The translations under genes were made by a program, and so were the position numbers. DNA of 30,810 nt from a virus (lineage: Duplodnaviria; Caudoviricetes). The DNA lies in the IMG/VR virus record IMGVR_UViG_3300030708_000581, positions 1 to 30,810 of that record; one strand, 5' to 3'. This document shows, piece by piece, positions 8,928 through 19,317 of the stretch (its first letter is position 1; each line of letters begins with the position of its first letter). The notes below the pieces were generated by a model that searched no databases, was not told the DNA's origin, and saw only the letters and a program-made list of their open reading frames with translations.

Positions 8928-9103
8928 AGCAGGACAGCTGGGCTTATTTTGAGTTCTTCCTGGCCTGCGAATTGGGCATGACCGTAAGCAGGCTCCGCAC
9001 TGAGTTGACAGACGCGGAGCTTATTTATTTTGCTGCCTACCACGAAATCAAAGCCGAAAGAGAGCAGCAGGCAATGGATCGCGCCAAGCTGCAGCGGCGG
9101 TAA
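8915..9103 (+). CDS. -1 frameshift extension of the tail chaperone (lambda GT-like)
   Basis: The -1 frame reads KRLKQDSWAYFEFFLACELGMTVSRLRTELTDAELIYFAAY...LQRR to TAA 9101-9103. Confidence 0.8.
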   Translation, partial: KKRLKQDSWAYFEFFLACELGMTVSRLRTELTDAELIYFAAYHEIKAEREQQAMDRAKLQRR

Positions 9104-9127
9104 GCTGGGACAAGTTATCTGGCTGAC

Positions 9128-11641
9128 GTGACCACCACAGTCCTTACAGCCAAGTTTGATTTTTCCCAGCCGAAGTCTGCAACGAAGCAGACAGCGGCGC
9201 AGATGGATCAGCTGAAAAATAAGGCCAAGGGTGCGCAGGGGCAGTTAGACAACACGGCTGGATCTGCCAAAGGTGCAGGTGCGGCCGCTGCATTTCTTGG
9301 CAAGGCATCAAAAGGTGCGGTGCCTGGAGTCGCGGCCCTGGGCACAGCTTTGAAGGCAGCCCTGGGGCCCATCGCACTGCTCACATCAGCTGCGGGTGTT
9401 CTTACGTCAGCTTTTGCCACCTTGGCCCAGCAGGATTTTGCTGAGGCCAAAGTGCGTTCACTTGGCGTAGACAGCGAAAAGCTGACCAAGCAACTTGCTG
9501 GGGTAAGCCGTGAACTAGCAGGCCAAGCCAGTGTCACTGAACTCACAGGCGCGGCCTATGACGTGGCATCGGCTGGATTCACGGATGCTGCGGCCGCGGC
9601 CAACATTCTTAAGGCAGCAAGCCAGGGCGCAACTGGCGGTTTCAGCGACATCAACACGGTTGGAGATGCCACGACATCTGTCCTGAACGCTTACGGCTTG
9701 GAGGCAGACAAGGCGGCCAAGCTTGTTGATGGTTTCATCCAGACGCAGAACGACGGCAAGATCGTCATTGGTGAATATGCGGCCAACATTGCCAAGGTGG
9801 CCCCTGTGGCGGCTGCTCTGGGTGTGCCACTAGAGGAGGTCAACGCTGCAGTGGCCCAGATCACCGCTGGTGGTCAAGGCGCAGAGGTCACGTTTACGGC
9901 ACTTAAGACAGCTTTTGCCCAGGTTGCTGCGGGCAAGGTTGGCGAGGAGTTCAAAGACCTTGGGATAGAAATAAGCGCGGCCAGCCTTAAATCAGACGGC
10001 CTTGCAGGGACTCTCCAAAAGATCAAGGATTCTGGAGCTGACGCAGGCACCGTTATCAAGGCGTTTGGAACGGAAGCTGGGCCTTCAATCTTGGCTCTCC
10101 TTAACGACACGGAGAAGTTCAACAGGCTCTTAGAGAATCAAAAGAACGCTCAGGGTGCAGCAGCTGCAGCAGCATTTGAGGCCAGCGACACTATCAACGG
10201 GGCTCTTAAGCGTCTGCAGACAGCTTTCACGAATGTCTTTGCTGATGGCGCTGAGCTTGGCTTGCTACTTAAGAGCACGTTCAAAGTGGCTGCCGTCACC
10301 GTTGAGTTTCTCGGAGCAGCACTCAAAGCCACTTTGGCCCCTATCCGTGGCTTAATTGCTGGCGTTCAGGCGTTTTTCCAAGAGTTAGCCCCGTTTGGCG
10401 AAAACATCAACTTGGCCTATGAGCTGGAAAAAGCTTTCCAAGCATTTATGGGAGCCGTCAGTTTTGCCACGGATGCGGTCACTGGGTTGTTTACTGTAAT
10501 TGGTAAAGGCGTCGCCACGGAGATTAGCAAAGTTTTGAATTTGGCAACTTCAATCAAAGAAGGGGTTATAGGAATTTTCAATAATCTTGGCACAACGATT
10601 CGCAATGCTTTGGCGAGTCTTTATGACAACTTGCCTGATCCGATTAAGTTCATCATTGATCAAGCAGGCAAAGGGTTTAAGGCTGTCACAGGTTTCTTGG
10701 GTGAAGCTGTTTCTGGCGTAGTCGGTCAAATCAAAGGCGCAGGGCAAGGCATCGCCCAAGGCGTCAAAGAGCTTGCTGTCATCGGTGGCTTCAATCCAGC
10801 AGCATCAGCACAGACCGCTTCACCCGCTGCGGCTGCAAACTCTATCCAACAGACAGGCGGGGTGCTTGCAAAGGCTGCAGGGGAGACAAAGCCAGAAGGA
10901 AAAACAGAACTGCAAAAGCAGAAGGAGGCTGCCGCAGCATTAGTTCAGCAACTTACTAGAAAAAACGAGCTTGACTCTTTGGCTACTGACGAGGCAAGAA
11001 AATTAAAACAGCTTGAGTTTGACAAAGCAGACATTGCAGCAAAATTCCCATTGCTTAAGCAAAAGGAGATCGAGGCACTGCAGCAGCTACTGCAAGATAA
11101 TTACAACATCACGGAAGAGAAGAGAAAGCAAGCTGAAGCCGACAAGAAAGCAAAAGAAGCTGCAGACAAAATGAAAGCTCTTTACAAGAGCATTGGCGAC
11201 ACAATCAGCACTGGCGTTCACGACGCCATTATGGGCGCAGTTGAGGGGACAAAAACCCTTGGTGAAGTGGCTAGCGGAGTTTTAAGACAAATTAGCAGCC
11301 AGCTTATGAAATTTGCATTGGGCAGCATTGGCGGTGGCGGCATCCTGGGCGCAATCGGAGATTTGTTCAAAGCCAATGGTGGCCCTGTAAGTGCGGGCAA
11401 GCCCTACATCGTCGGTGAGCGTGGGCCTGAAGTTTTTACGCCAAGCCGTAGCGGCACAATCATCCCCAACCATGCAATGGGTGTGGGCGGTGGCACTAGC
11501 ATTGTGGTGAACGTCGATGCCTCAGGTTCGTCTGCTCAAGGCGACGGTCCATCCGCCAATCAACTGGGCAAAGCGATTGGCGCTGCTGTCCAGGCTGAGC
11601 TAATCAAGCAAAAACGACCCGGAGGACTGCTGACACGCTGA
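9128..11641 (+). CDS. tail tape measure protein
   Basis: 837 aa, Ala/Gly-rich helical, TP901-like core; C-terminal ANGGPV...YIVGERGPEVFTP...G.IIPN. At the lambda value of about 0.15 nm per residue this implies a tail of roughly 125 nm. Confidence 0.92.
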   Translation: MTTTVLTAKFDFSQPKSATKQTAAQMDQLKNKAKGAQGQLDNTAGSAKGAGAAAAFLGKASKGAVPGVAALGTALKAALGPIALLTSAAGVLTSAFATLAQQDFAEAKVRSLGVDSEKLTKQLAGVSRELAGQASVTELTGAAYDVASAGFTDAAAAANILKAASQGATGGFSDINTVGDATTSVLNAYGLEADKAAKLVDGFIQTQNDGKIVIGEYAANIAKVAPVAAALGVPLEEVNAAVAQITAGGQGAEVTFTALKTAFAQVAAGKVGEEFKDLGIEISAASLKSDGLAGTLQKIKDSGADAGTVIKAFGTEAGPSILALLNDTEKFNRLLENQKNAQGAAAAAAFEASDTINGALKRLQTAFTNVFADGAELGLLLKSTFKVAAVTVEFLGAALKATLAPIRGLIAGVQAFFQELAPFGENINLAYELEKAFQAFMGAVSFATDAVTGLFTVIGKGVATEISKVLNLATSIKEGVIGIFNNLGTTIRNALASLYDNLPDPIKFIIDQAGKGFKAVTGFLGEAVSGVVGQIKGAGQGIAQGVKELAVIGGFNPAASAQTASPAAAANSIQQTGGVLAKAAGETKPEGKTELQKQKEAAAALVQQLTRKNELDSLATDEARKLKQLEFDKADIAAKFPLLKQKEIEALQQLLQDNYNITEEKRKQAEADKKAKEAADKMKALYKSIGDTISTGVHDAIMGAVEGTKTLGEVASGVLRQISSQLMKFALGSIGGGGILGAIGDLFKANGGPVSAGKPYIVGERGPEVFTPSRSGTIIPNHAMGVGGGTSIVVNVDASGSSAQGDGPSANQLGKAIGAAVQAELIKQKRPGGLLTR

Positions 11642-11985
11642 TGCCTACTTTCCCTTCGATAACGCCAACCTACGGTGTTCAAAAACAGAGCCAGCCGAAC
11701 ACGCGCAATGTTCGCTTTGGTGATGGCTACGAACAATTTCTGACTTTTGGCTTAAATCAAAACCCAAAGACCTTCAGCTTGACGTTTGAGGTGTCAGAGA
11801 CTGACGCGGACACCATCGAAACGTTTTTAGACGAGAGAGCAGCGAACAACATGGAAAGCTTCGATTTCACGCCGCCGGGTGAAAGCAGTAGCTCAAAATT
11901 TGTTTGTGAGAACTGGTCGAAATCGATCCCTTACCTGAACCGGGCTACGATACAAGCAACATTCCGCCAAGTCTTCGTACCGTAA
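11641..11985 (+). CDS. distal tail protein (lambda gpM-like)
   Basis: VRFGDGYEQ...GLN...FL....SFDFTPP...ATFRQVF signature. Confidence 0.88.
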   Translation: MPTFPSITPTYGVQKQSQPNTRNVRFGDGYEQFLTFGLNQNPKTFSLTFEVSETDADTIETFLDERAANNMESFDFTPPGESSSSKFVCENWSKSIPYLNRATIQATFRQVFVP

Positions 11986-12404
11986 TGGCTATCACTACAA
12001 GAGCCACGAAGGGTAGCCCGCTCACCCATACTGAGGTTGACACCAACTTCACGGACCTTCGTGACAACAAAGCTGGCTATGTGACCGGCGATGGTGGAAC
12101 GGTTACGCAGGGAACCTCAAAGAGCACAGGTGTCACGCTCAGCAACAAGTGCGGGCAAATCACCTTGCACGATGCAGCCTTGGCAGCTGACACCACAGTG
12201 TCCTTTACGTTGACGAACACGACGATTGCAGCCACTGACCTTCTCGTCCTCAATCATGTCAGCGGTGGTACGGCTGGTGCTTACTTGTTAAACGCACAGT
12301 GTGCTGCAGGTTCTGCCAGCATTAACGTCCGCAACATCACTGATGGTTCGTTGTCAGAAGACATCGTGATTGGCTTTGCGCTAGTTAAAGCTGTCACCTC
12401 ATAA
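11985..12404 (+). CDS. tail-associated spike/decoration protein
   Basis: N-terminal TRATKGSPLTHTEVDTNF fibre-anchor motif plus a domain paralogous to 5582-5947; inserted between M and L. Confidence 0.65.
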   Translation: MAITTRATKGSPLTHTEVDTNFTDLRDNKAGYVTGDGGTVTQGTSKSTGVTLSNKCGQITLHDAALAADTTVSFTLTNTTIAATDLLVLNHVSGGTAGAYLLNAQCAAGSASINVRNITDGSLSEDIVIGFALVKAVTS

Positions 12405-12406
12405 AC

Positions 12407-13258
12407 ATGGCTTACGTCGTCACCGGCTACTGGAACGCTGGTTATGACGATCAGCAATCCAGTGCGGAACTTATCAGTGAGCTGCAGGCTATTGCGCCTT
12501 CAGAGATTATTGAGCTGTTTCAACTTGAGTTGAATACGGACCAGCACGGCACTGCAACAACCCATTACTTCAGCGGTGCTCGTGAAGGCGGTGCGGGAGG
12601 AATTGTATTTGGCGGCCAAACTTACACGGCCATACCTTTAGAGGCTGATGGTTTTGCGTATAACGGCCAAGGCAGCTTGCCACGCCCAACGTTTCGCATC
12701 AGCAACCTGTTCAGCACCATCACAGCGTTAATTGCAACGCTACCAAACGGGCTTGAAGGCGCAAAGGTAACCCGTTTACGGACGCTGGCAAAGTACATCG
12801 ACTCAGAAAACTTTATCGGGTCGAGTTATGAGACCTACGTCGTTGCTGATTACTGGGAGGTTGGCTACTCGTCAAACAACACCACAGCTGACAGCACGGC
12901 ACTTTTTCCCAAAGAGATTTACTACGTCGATCGCAAGTCAGCTGAAAACCGCAACTTGATTGAGTTTGAGCTGGCGTCTGCCTTTGATCTTGCTGGTGTG
13001 CGGGCGCCAAAGAGGCAGTGCATTAGCCGTTGTCAGTGGGTCTACAAGTCAGCTGAGTGCGGTTATAACCCAACGGATGGACCGGGTAAAAACGTTGACG
13101 GCGTGCAGTTCACACGCTTTAACGCCAGCGATGAGGGAGTGCTTACGGACGCTGAGGATGTTTGCGGCAAAAAGCAAAGCAGTTGTGAGTGCAGATTTGG
13201 CGATGTAAATGAGCTGCCATTTGGCGGCTATCCGGGCATTGGGACGTTCTTTGCATGA
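12407..13258 (+). CDS. minor tail protein (lambda gpL-like)
   Basis: [32 protein letters not shown] and LPFGGYP motifs; C-terminal Cys cluster (Fe-S binding in lambda gpL). Confidence 0.9.
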   Translation: MAYVVTGYWNAGYDDQQSSAELISELQAIAPSEIIELFQLELNTDQHGTATTHYFSGAREGGAGGIVFGGQTYTAIPLEADGFAYNGQGSLPRPTFRISNLFSTITALIATLPNGLEGAKVTRLRTLAKYIDSENFIGSSYETYVVADYWEVGYSSNNTTADSTALFPKEIYYVDRKSAENRNLIEFELASAFDLAGVRAPKRQCISRCQWVYKSAECGYNPTDGPGKNVDGVQFTRFNASDEGVLTDAEDVCGKKQSSCECRFGDVNELPFGGYPGIGTFFA

Positions 13259-13956
13259 CTTGGCGGGACACAGCACTCAAAGACGCTAAGGATCGTTACC
13301 CGTGGGAAGCGGTTGGTTTGGTTGTTGTGGTTAAGGGCCGCGAGAAATACTGGGCGTGCAGAAATATGGCGCACAACCTGGAGGACATGTTCATCCTTAA
13401 TCCCGAGGATTACGCCGCTGCAGACGATGCAGGCGAAATCATAGGCATTGTGCACAGCCATCCAAAAACGCTGCCAGTTGCAAGTGAGGCTGACAAGGTG
13501 TCGGCAGAAAAGCACGGCTTGCCCTGGTACATCGTCAACCCAAAGACTGAAGCATGGGGTGAATACATGCCATGTGGTTACAAAGCGCCATTGATTGGCC
13601 GCAAGTGGACCTGGGCTGTGAGCGATTGCTGGACACTTGCGCGCGACTGGTACGCAGAGCAGGGCATCAACTTGCGTGATTGGGACAGGCCAGCAACACC
13701 GGAACAGTTTTTAGCCGCTCCAATGTTCGACGGCGCATGGGCTGCAACAGGCTTTCGGGAGCTTGCAGAGGATGAGCCGTTGGAGCGTGGTGATTTGTTG
13801 TTGATGCAGATCAACGGCAACGGCTTAAATCATTGTGCAGTTTTTATTGGTGATGGCATGGTGCTGCATCACCTTTCCGAGAGGTTGTCCTCTAGAGATC
13901 TCTATGGAGGCTGGCTACAATCATGCACAGGGAGGCGGCTGCGTCATGTTGCGTAA
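13255..13956 (+). CDS. tail assembly protein (lambda gpK-like; JAB + NlpC/P60)
   Basis: EAVGLVV...HSHP...SEAD (JAB) and DCWTL...[14 protein letters not shown] (NlpC/P60). Confidence 0.9.
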   Translation: MTWRDTALKDAKDRYPWEAVGLVVVVKGREKYWACRNMAHNLEDMFILNPEDYAAADDAGEIIGIVHSHPKTLPVASEADKVSAEKHGLPWYIVNPKTEAWGEYMPCGYKAPLIGRKWTWAVSDCWTLARDWYAEQGINLRDWDRPATPEQFLAAPMFDGAWAATGFRELAEDEPLERGDLLLMQINGNGLNHCAVFIGDGMVLHHLSERLSSRDLYGGWLQSCTGRRLRHVA

Positions 13957-14521
13957 AGTCAGGCTTTACGGGCAGCTAGCTGAGTTTGTTGGCCGCAAGG
14001 TGATTGAGGCTGATCTGTCATCTGCTGCTGAAGCGGTGCGGATGCTGATCGCTAACTTTCCTGGGCTTGACGTCCACATGGCAGACCGCCACTACAAGGT
14101 GCTGGTCGGTGAAAGCGTGTTGACACCAGATGACTTGCATAATCCTGTTGGGCGGGAAGAAATCAAAATCGTGCCGGTAATTGTTGGTGCGGGTGGCGGT
14201 GTTAATCAGATTTTCGCTGGAGTTGCTCTGATTGGTTTGACTTTGATACCGGGTGGTTTGCCTATAGCTGGAACGCTCGCCACAAAAATCGGCTTGCTTG
14301 GTGGAGCGTTAGTCCTTGGAGGTGTTGCACAGTTGATTACACCAACGCCTGAAATCCCGCAAGGCCCAGACACCGTTCAAGATCCACGCAAGTCATTCTC
14401 GTTCTCCGGTATTCAGAACACCTCGCGTGGTGGAACGCCAGTTCCAATCGTCTACGGCAAAACTTTGACCGGCAGTGTTGTCATCTCTGCTGGTATTGAC
14501 ACTGAGCAGGTGCGGGCATGA
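13946..14521 (+). CDS. tail assembly protein (lambda gpI-like)
   Basis: [11 protein letters not shown]...[11 protein letters not shown]...SFSFSG.QNT...PVPIVYG; start reassigned to ATG 13946 behind GGAGG. Confidence 0.88.
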   Translation: MLRKVRLYGQLAEFVGRKVIEADLSSAAEAVRMLIANFPGLDVHMADRHYKVLVGESVLTPDDLHNPVGREEIKIVPVIVGAGGGVNQIFAGVALIGLTLIPGGLPIAGTLATKIGLLGGALVLGGVAQLITPTPEIPQGPDTVQDPRKSFSFSGIQNTSRGGTPVPIVYGKTLTGSVVISAGIDTEQVRA

Positions 14522-17500
14522 CCACGATTATTGGTGCAGGTGGTGGCGGTAGTAAAGGCGGTGGCGGCAGTAGCCGTTCGCCAAGGACAACGCCTGACAG
14601 TCTTGATTCTCGTCAATACGCAACAGTTGTTGACCTGATCTCAGAAGGCGAGATTGAGGGATTGGTTGACGGTAATAAGGGTATCTTTCTGAACGGTACT
14701 GCGCTCCAAAACCCTCAAGGGGGTTTTAACTTTGAAGACGTTACGGTGTACACGCGGAATGGCACCCAGGCGCAAACTTTTATCCCAATCACGTCTGGCT
14801 CAGAGAATATACGGGCAATAAATCGTGGCGTTGTCAAAGATGGCCCTGTCACTGAGTCTATTGTCGATGACGAGGTAGATGCAGTTCGTGTAACCGTTGA
14901 TGTCCCGGCTCTTCAAAGGATTAACAACGAAACTGGCGACACAACAGGTACGAAGATTGAATTAAAAATCCTTGTCAAATATCAAAGTGACAGCGACTTT
15001 GCTGTTTTGATCGAAGACAAAATTAGCGGCCGCACTGCCGACAAGTATCAAAAAGACTACCTCGTAACTTTGAATCGCCCGAATTCAACAGACAACGTAG
15101 ACATTAGGGTTGAGCGAGTCACTAAAGACAGCAACAGTTCTTTGCTTTCAAACGCTTTTAGTTGGAGCAGTTTGACTGAAATAAAATATGCAAAGCTGCG
15201 TTACCCCAACAGCGCACTGGTTGCATTGCGTGTTGATGCTGAACAATTCAGTAGCATCCCGCAGCGCAAGTATTTAGTCAAAGGCGTCAAGGTTGCTATC
15301 CCTGCTGGCGTGACTGTTGACAGTGACACTGGTCGGATCATCTACCCAGAAAATTTTGTTTGGAATGGTACGTTTGCCGCTGCGACCTGGACATCTTGCC
15401 CTGCTTGGATTCTTTACAACTTATTGACCAACACCCGCTACGGATTTGGCAACCACATTGATACAGCCCAGCTGGATAAGTATGCGTTTTTCTCTGCTAG
15501 CAAATACGCTAACCAGCTTGTCGATGATGGTTTCGGCGGCCAAGAAGCGCGGTTTAGCTGCAACACTACGATTCAAACAGCAGAGGAATCATTCAAGCTG
15601 GTCAATGACCTGCTATCGGTAATGCGCTGCCAAGGATTCTGGGCAGCAGGCAGCCTGACGATTGAACAGGACGCGCCAAAGGATGCGGCTTATCTGTTCA
15701 CCACTGCCAATGTCACAGAAGAGGGCTTTACCTACAGCGGCAGCAGTCTTAAGACTCGCCCAACTGTTGTGGTTGTCAGCTACCTAGACATTGATCTGCA
15801 GGATACGGCATACGAGGTCGTCGAAGACCATGACGGTATTGCAAAATATGGCGTGGTGCGTAAAGAGTTCAGCGCTTTTGCTTGCACCAGCCGTGGGCAG
15901 GCAGCACGCATTGGCAAGTGGATTCTGTATTCTGAAAAGTTTGAAAAAGAAGTCGTCAGCTTCACCACAAGTCTTGATGCAGGTCAAGTTGTACGACCTG
16001 GAATGGTCATTCAGATTGCAGATCCTGTGATCTCTGGGGTGCGTAAAGGTGGACGTATTAAATCTGCAACAAGCAACACGATTACTGTTGACGACACGGC
16101 CAACACAGATTTGACTTTTGGTAGTGGTTCAAAGCTATATGTGGTTTTGCCTGACGGAACGGTTGACGGTGAGAATCAAGATCTTACTGTTACTGACATA
16201 ACTAACGGCGTAATTACTGTTGATAGCAATTTTGCAACTACGCCAAATGCAAACAGTGTTTGGATTCTTGAGAGCGATGGTTTAGGAGCCAGCAACGTAC
16301 AGCCTACGACTTGGCGTATTTTGTCGATTGAAGAGCAAGAGGGTTTGCTATATACAATCAGTGCAGTTGCGTATGATGCCAGCAAATACGCGTTTGTTGA
16401 AGATGGCGAAGAACTGCAGCCACGAGATACGACAAATCTTGATGTTATTCCTGAACAGCCAGAAGATCTAGAGGTGTTGGCAACCGTTCCGGTTGGCGGA
16501 ACTGTAGAAACAAAAGAAGTCCAGTTTGTTCAAAACGGTCAAGTAGCCATCAAGATTACATGGCACTGGAATGTTCCAGACGGTCAAATTACCAAAAGGT
16601 TCAGGGTTCGTCATCGCCACGAAGATGACAACTTTATTGAAACGATTGTGCAGGGAACAACGTTTGACATACTCGACGCTAAAAAAGGTCTTTACGAGAT
16701 TCAGGTAAGTGCCATTAACAGCACAGGGCTTCTGTTTAGTAAGCCGACAATCGCCACATACACAGTGAAGGGCCTTGGCACAGCGCCAAATGACATTCTT
16801 GATCTAAGTCTTGTTTCGTCAAGCAATACGATTGCGATGCTTTCGTGGAAAAAAGTAGCTGAGCTTGACGTGCAGCTTGGTGGTCGAATCATTATTAGAC
16901 ATGATCCACGGGCGTTGGCGTCAGCTGAGTGGAAGGCAAGTAATCGAGTTGTTGATGGTGTGTCTGGTGCGTCAACACAAAAGCAAGTGCCGCTGCTTGC
17001 TGGAACGTATTTTGTGAAGGCGGAAGATTTTTTAGGCAATCGCTCTGTCACCGAAACGGCGTTTGAAGCCTCGCTTCCTGAGCCTGATTCTCTACTTACA
17101 ACCAAGACTTATGAAGAGCACAACCTAAGCACAGCTTTCAACGGGACAAAGACTAACTGCAGTGTTGATTCAGGCAACCTTGTGTTGCAGACGGATCTGT
17201 ATGTTGCCTTGGATTATGTCGATAACTTGTATTTTGAAACCGATGGTGGAGCAGAGTATCAGTTTCAAGACACCTTCGATTTTGGGGCTAAGTTTGACTT
17301 CATTATTAGAAGAAGCATTGTCAGCACTCCGCAGCAAGTTTCAGGCACTTTATTTGATTCGCGTGCTGGCTTGTTCGACGATGCAGCCGGTGTTTTCGAC
17401 GGTGAGACTCAAGACGTTGTGAATGTTGTTACTTACGTCAGGACTGCAACGGTTGCCTCTCCGTCTGAATCGGACTACGGCCCTTGGGCTGAATTTGTGG

Positions 17501-17823
17501 CAGCTTCAGTGCAGGGCCGCCATGTGCAAATCAAAGCAGAGCTTGAAACAACTGACGAGCTTACAAAGGTTTCAGTGGACCAGCTCGGCGCAACTCTTGA
17601 GCTAACGCAGCGCACGGAAACTGGCAGTGGAACGTCTGGCAATGCCGTGACATTTGCCAATGCGTTTTACCAAACCCCAGAAGTAGTCATCACGCCAACG
17701 AACCTAGGAGCGGATGGTTTTGTAACTTTGACTAAGAGCACAACAGGCTTCACAGCAACGCTGACAGATGCTTCAGATACTGGTTTCAGTTACACTGCCA
17801 CTGGATTCGGACGCGCTCTCTAA
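14518..17823 (+). CDS. tail tip / host specificity protein (lambda gpJ-like)
   Basis: DLISEGEIEG, YPNSALV, PAWILYNLLTN.RYG, ACTSRGQA.R.GKW and FN3-like region; 1101 aa. Confidence 0.92.
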   Translation: MTTIIGAGGGGSKGGGGSSRSPRTTPDSLDSRQYATVVDLISEGEIEGLVDGNKGIFLNGTALQNPQGGFNFEDVTVYTRNGTQAQTFIPITSGSENIRAINRGVVKDGPVTESIVDDEVDAVRVTVDVPALQRINNETGDTTGTKIELKILVKYQSDSDFAVLIEDKISGRTADKYQKDYLVTLNRPNSTDNVDIRVERVTKDSNSSLLSNAFSWSSLTEIKYAKLRYPNSALVALRVDAEQFSSIPQRKYLVKGVKVAIPAGVTVDSDTGRIIYPENFVWNGTFAAATWTSCPAWILYNLLTNTRYGFGNHIDTAQLDKYAFFSASKYANQLVDDGFGGQEARFSCNTTIQTAEESFKLVNDLLSVMRCQGFWAAGSLTIEQDAPKDAAYLFTTANVTEEGFTYSGSSLKTRPTVVVVSYLDIDLQDTAYEVVEDHDGIAKYGVVRKEFSAFACTSRGQAARIGKWILYSEKFEKEVVSFTTSLDAGQVVRPGMVIQIADPVISGVRKGGRIKSATSNTITVDDTANTDLTFGSGSKLYVVLPDGTVDGENQDLTVTDITNGVITVDSNFATTPNANSVWILESDGLGASNVQPTTWRILSIEEQEGLLYTISAVAYDASKYAFVEDGEELQPRDTTNLDVIPEQPEDLEVLATVPVGGTVETKEVQFVQNGQVAIKITWHWNVPDGQITKRFRVRHRHEDDNFIETIVQGTTFDILDAKKGLYEIQVSAINSTGLLFSKPTIATYTVKGLGTAPNDILDLSLVSSSNTIAMLSWKKVAELDVQLGGRIIIRHDPRALASAEWKASNRVVDGVSGASTQKQVPLLAGTYFVKAEDFLGNRSVTETAFEASLPEPDSLLTTKTYEEHNLSTAFNGTKTNCSVDSGNLVLQTDLYVALDYVDNLYFETDGGAEYQFQDTFDFGAKFDFIIRRSIVSTPQQVSGTLFDSRAGLFDDAAGVFDGETQDVVNVVTYVRTATVASPSESDYGPWAEFVAASVQGRHVQIKAELETTDELTKVSVDQLGATLELTQRTETGSGTSGNAVTFANAFYQTPEVVITPTNLGADGFVTLTKSTTGFTATLTDASDTGFSYTATGFGRAL

Positions 17824-18698
17824 TGGCTCAAGTCAACCGCGACCGTTCTGATCTTATTGAAAACACGACGTTCCCTCTGGTTAGGGAACAGCTCAACGAC
17901 ACGTTAGAAGCGGTATTCACTATTAACTCCGGCAATTCTGCGCCATCAAACGCAGTTGAGCATGAGCCGTTTATCAATACCAGCAACAGCCCAGCAACGC
18001 TTGAGATCAAGACCAGTAGTGGGTACATAACGCTTGGCGTTCTTGACCCAGCAGGCTTCAAGGTAGGTGGCATCACGCCGATTGCTAACGGTGGTACAGG
18101 TCAAACCACTGCCTCTGCTGGTATTGCTGCATTGCTGCCTAGCCAAACAGGCAACGCCGACAAGACGCTAGTCACCGATGGCAGTTCCTTGTCATGGGGA
18201 AATACTGCGGTGTTTGCGAGCTATGCAGTTATTGCAGATGTCAAAACTGCTGGGACGGCTGGAGGAACCTCCGGCTCAGGTTCATTTGAAGATCGTGTAC
18301 TCAATACAATAGACATAGATCCAGACAACTTTGTAACGCTTGTCAATAGCACTGATTCAAACACTCGATTTAAGTTGCCTGCTGGCACCTATTGCATAGA
18401 GGCAGAAGTTCCAATGTTCAGGGTTGGAAGGTTCCAAGCACGTCTTGTAAGTTGGGATGCAGAAACAGACGGCACAGCGACAGTTCTAAAAGCTGGCACG
18501 GGAGCTTTAAGCGCCCCAACTTATGGAGGTGTTACGACTTCAAATATCATCCATCGTGTGACTATTACGAGCGAAACAGTTTTTGGCGTGCAGTCCCGTG
18601 GCAATAGCGGTAACAGTGGCAACGGTTTTGGACAAGCTGCTAACTATGGAGAGGAAGAGCGCTACACCATCGTCAAAATCATGAAAGAGACTGCCTAG
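17823..18698 (+). CDS. tail fibre-like protein
   Basis: 291 aa; PIANGGTG and LPSQTGNADKTLVTDGSSLSW fibre motifs; beta-sandwich-like C-terminus. Confidence 0.7.
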   Translation: MAQVNRDRSDLIENTTFPLVREQLNDTLEAVFTINSGNSAPSNAVEHEPFINTSNSPATLEIKTSSGYITLGVLDPAGFKVGGITPIANGGTGQTTASAGIAALLPSQTGNADKTLVTDGSSLSWGNTAVFASYAVIADVKTAGTAGGTSGSGSFEDRVLNTIDIDPDNFVTLVNSTDSNTRFKLPAGTYCIEAEVPMFRVGRFQARLVSWDAETDGTATVLKAGTGALSAPTYGGVTTSNIIHRVTITSETVFGVQSRGNSGNSGNGFGQAANYGEEERYTIVKIMKETA

Positions 18699-18748
18699 GG
18701 CTAGGCTTAAGGCGGTCTCTAGCTAAGATGGCCTAAGGAGGGTGCGCC

Positions 18749-19090
18749 ATGTCTGTCCAACCTGGGACGTACAGTTTCACGCTTCAGCGGGCCGCTGACT
18801 ACAGCGTTTTGCTGCAATTCAAGGACAGCAATGATGATGCCATTGATCTGACTGGCTACACGGTTTATGCGCAGGCATGGAATAAGGCGCGGACCACCAA
18901 GTCAGCTGATTTTTCTATCGCCTACACAGACAGGAGCGATGGCAAGGTCACGATCAGCTTGACAGATGAGCAGACAGCTGATTTCCCGGATGAGTTGTAC
19001 TACGACGTTTTGCTTGAAGACGGCAACGAGATCCGGGAGTATTACCTAGAAGGCATCATCTTTGTAAGCCAAGGTTACACACGGCCATGA
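18749..19090 (+). CDS. Ig-like fibre attachment protein (BppU-like)
   Basis: GTYSFTLQR...IDLTGYTVYAQ...GKVTISLT..QT...YYDVLL...YYLEG; AAGGAGG RBS. Confidence 0.65.
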   Translation: MSVQPGTYSFTLQRAADYSVLLQFKDSNDDAIDLTGYTVYAQAWNKARTTKSADFSIAYTDRSDGKVTISLTDEQTADFPDELYYDVLLEDGNEIREYYLEGIIFVSQGYTRP

Positions 19091-19317
19091 CTGCAGTTAA
19101 TGTCACCGAGACCAAGAACACGGTCACAGTTTCTGGAGAGGGCGCAGCGACCGTCGTTACGGTGACGACTGCAGGCCCCCAAGGAGCCAAGGGTTTAGAC
19201 CTTGATGATTCGGCTAAAGTAGATCAAAGCGTCGTCTACTACGACTCAGCCTCTGGCAAGTACAAAGCTGACGACACCTGGACCATCAAAACAATCGTCA
19301 AAGGGGGCGACTTCTAA
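19087..19317 (+). CDS. small fibre adaptor protein
   Basis: 76 aa; GPQG motif; ends VKGGDF; ATGA coupling. Confidence 0.65.
   Translation: MTAVNVTETKNTVTVSGEGAATVVTVTTAGPQGAKGLDLDDSAKVDQSVVYYDSASGKYKADDTWTIKTIVKGGDF

Noticed and set aside
13835-13945. Long N-terminus of the gpI-like ORF
   Set aside because: It overlaps gpK; ATG 13946 has GGAGG and a typical gpI start.
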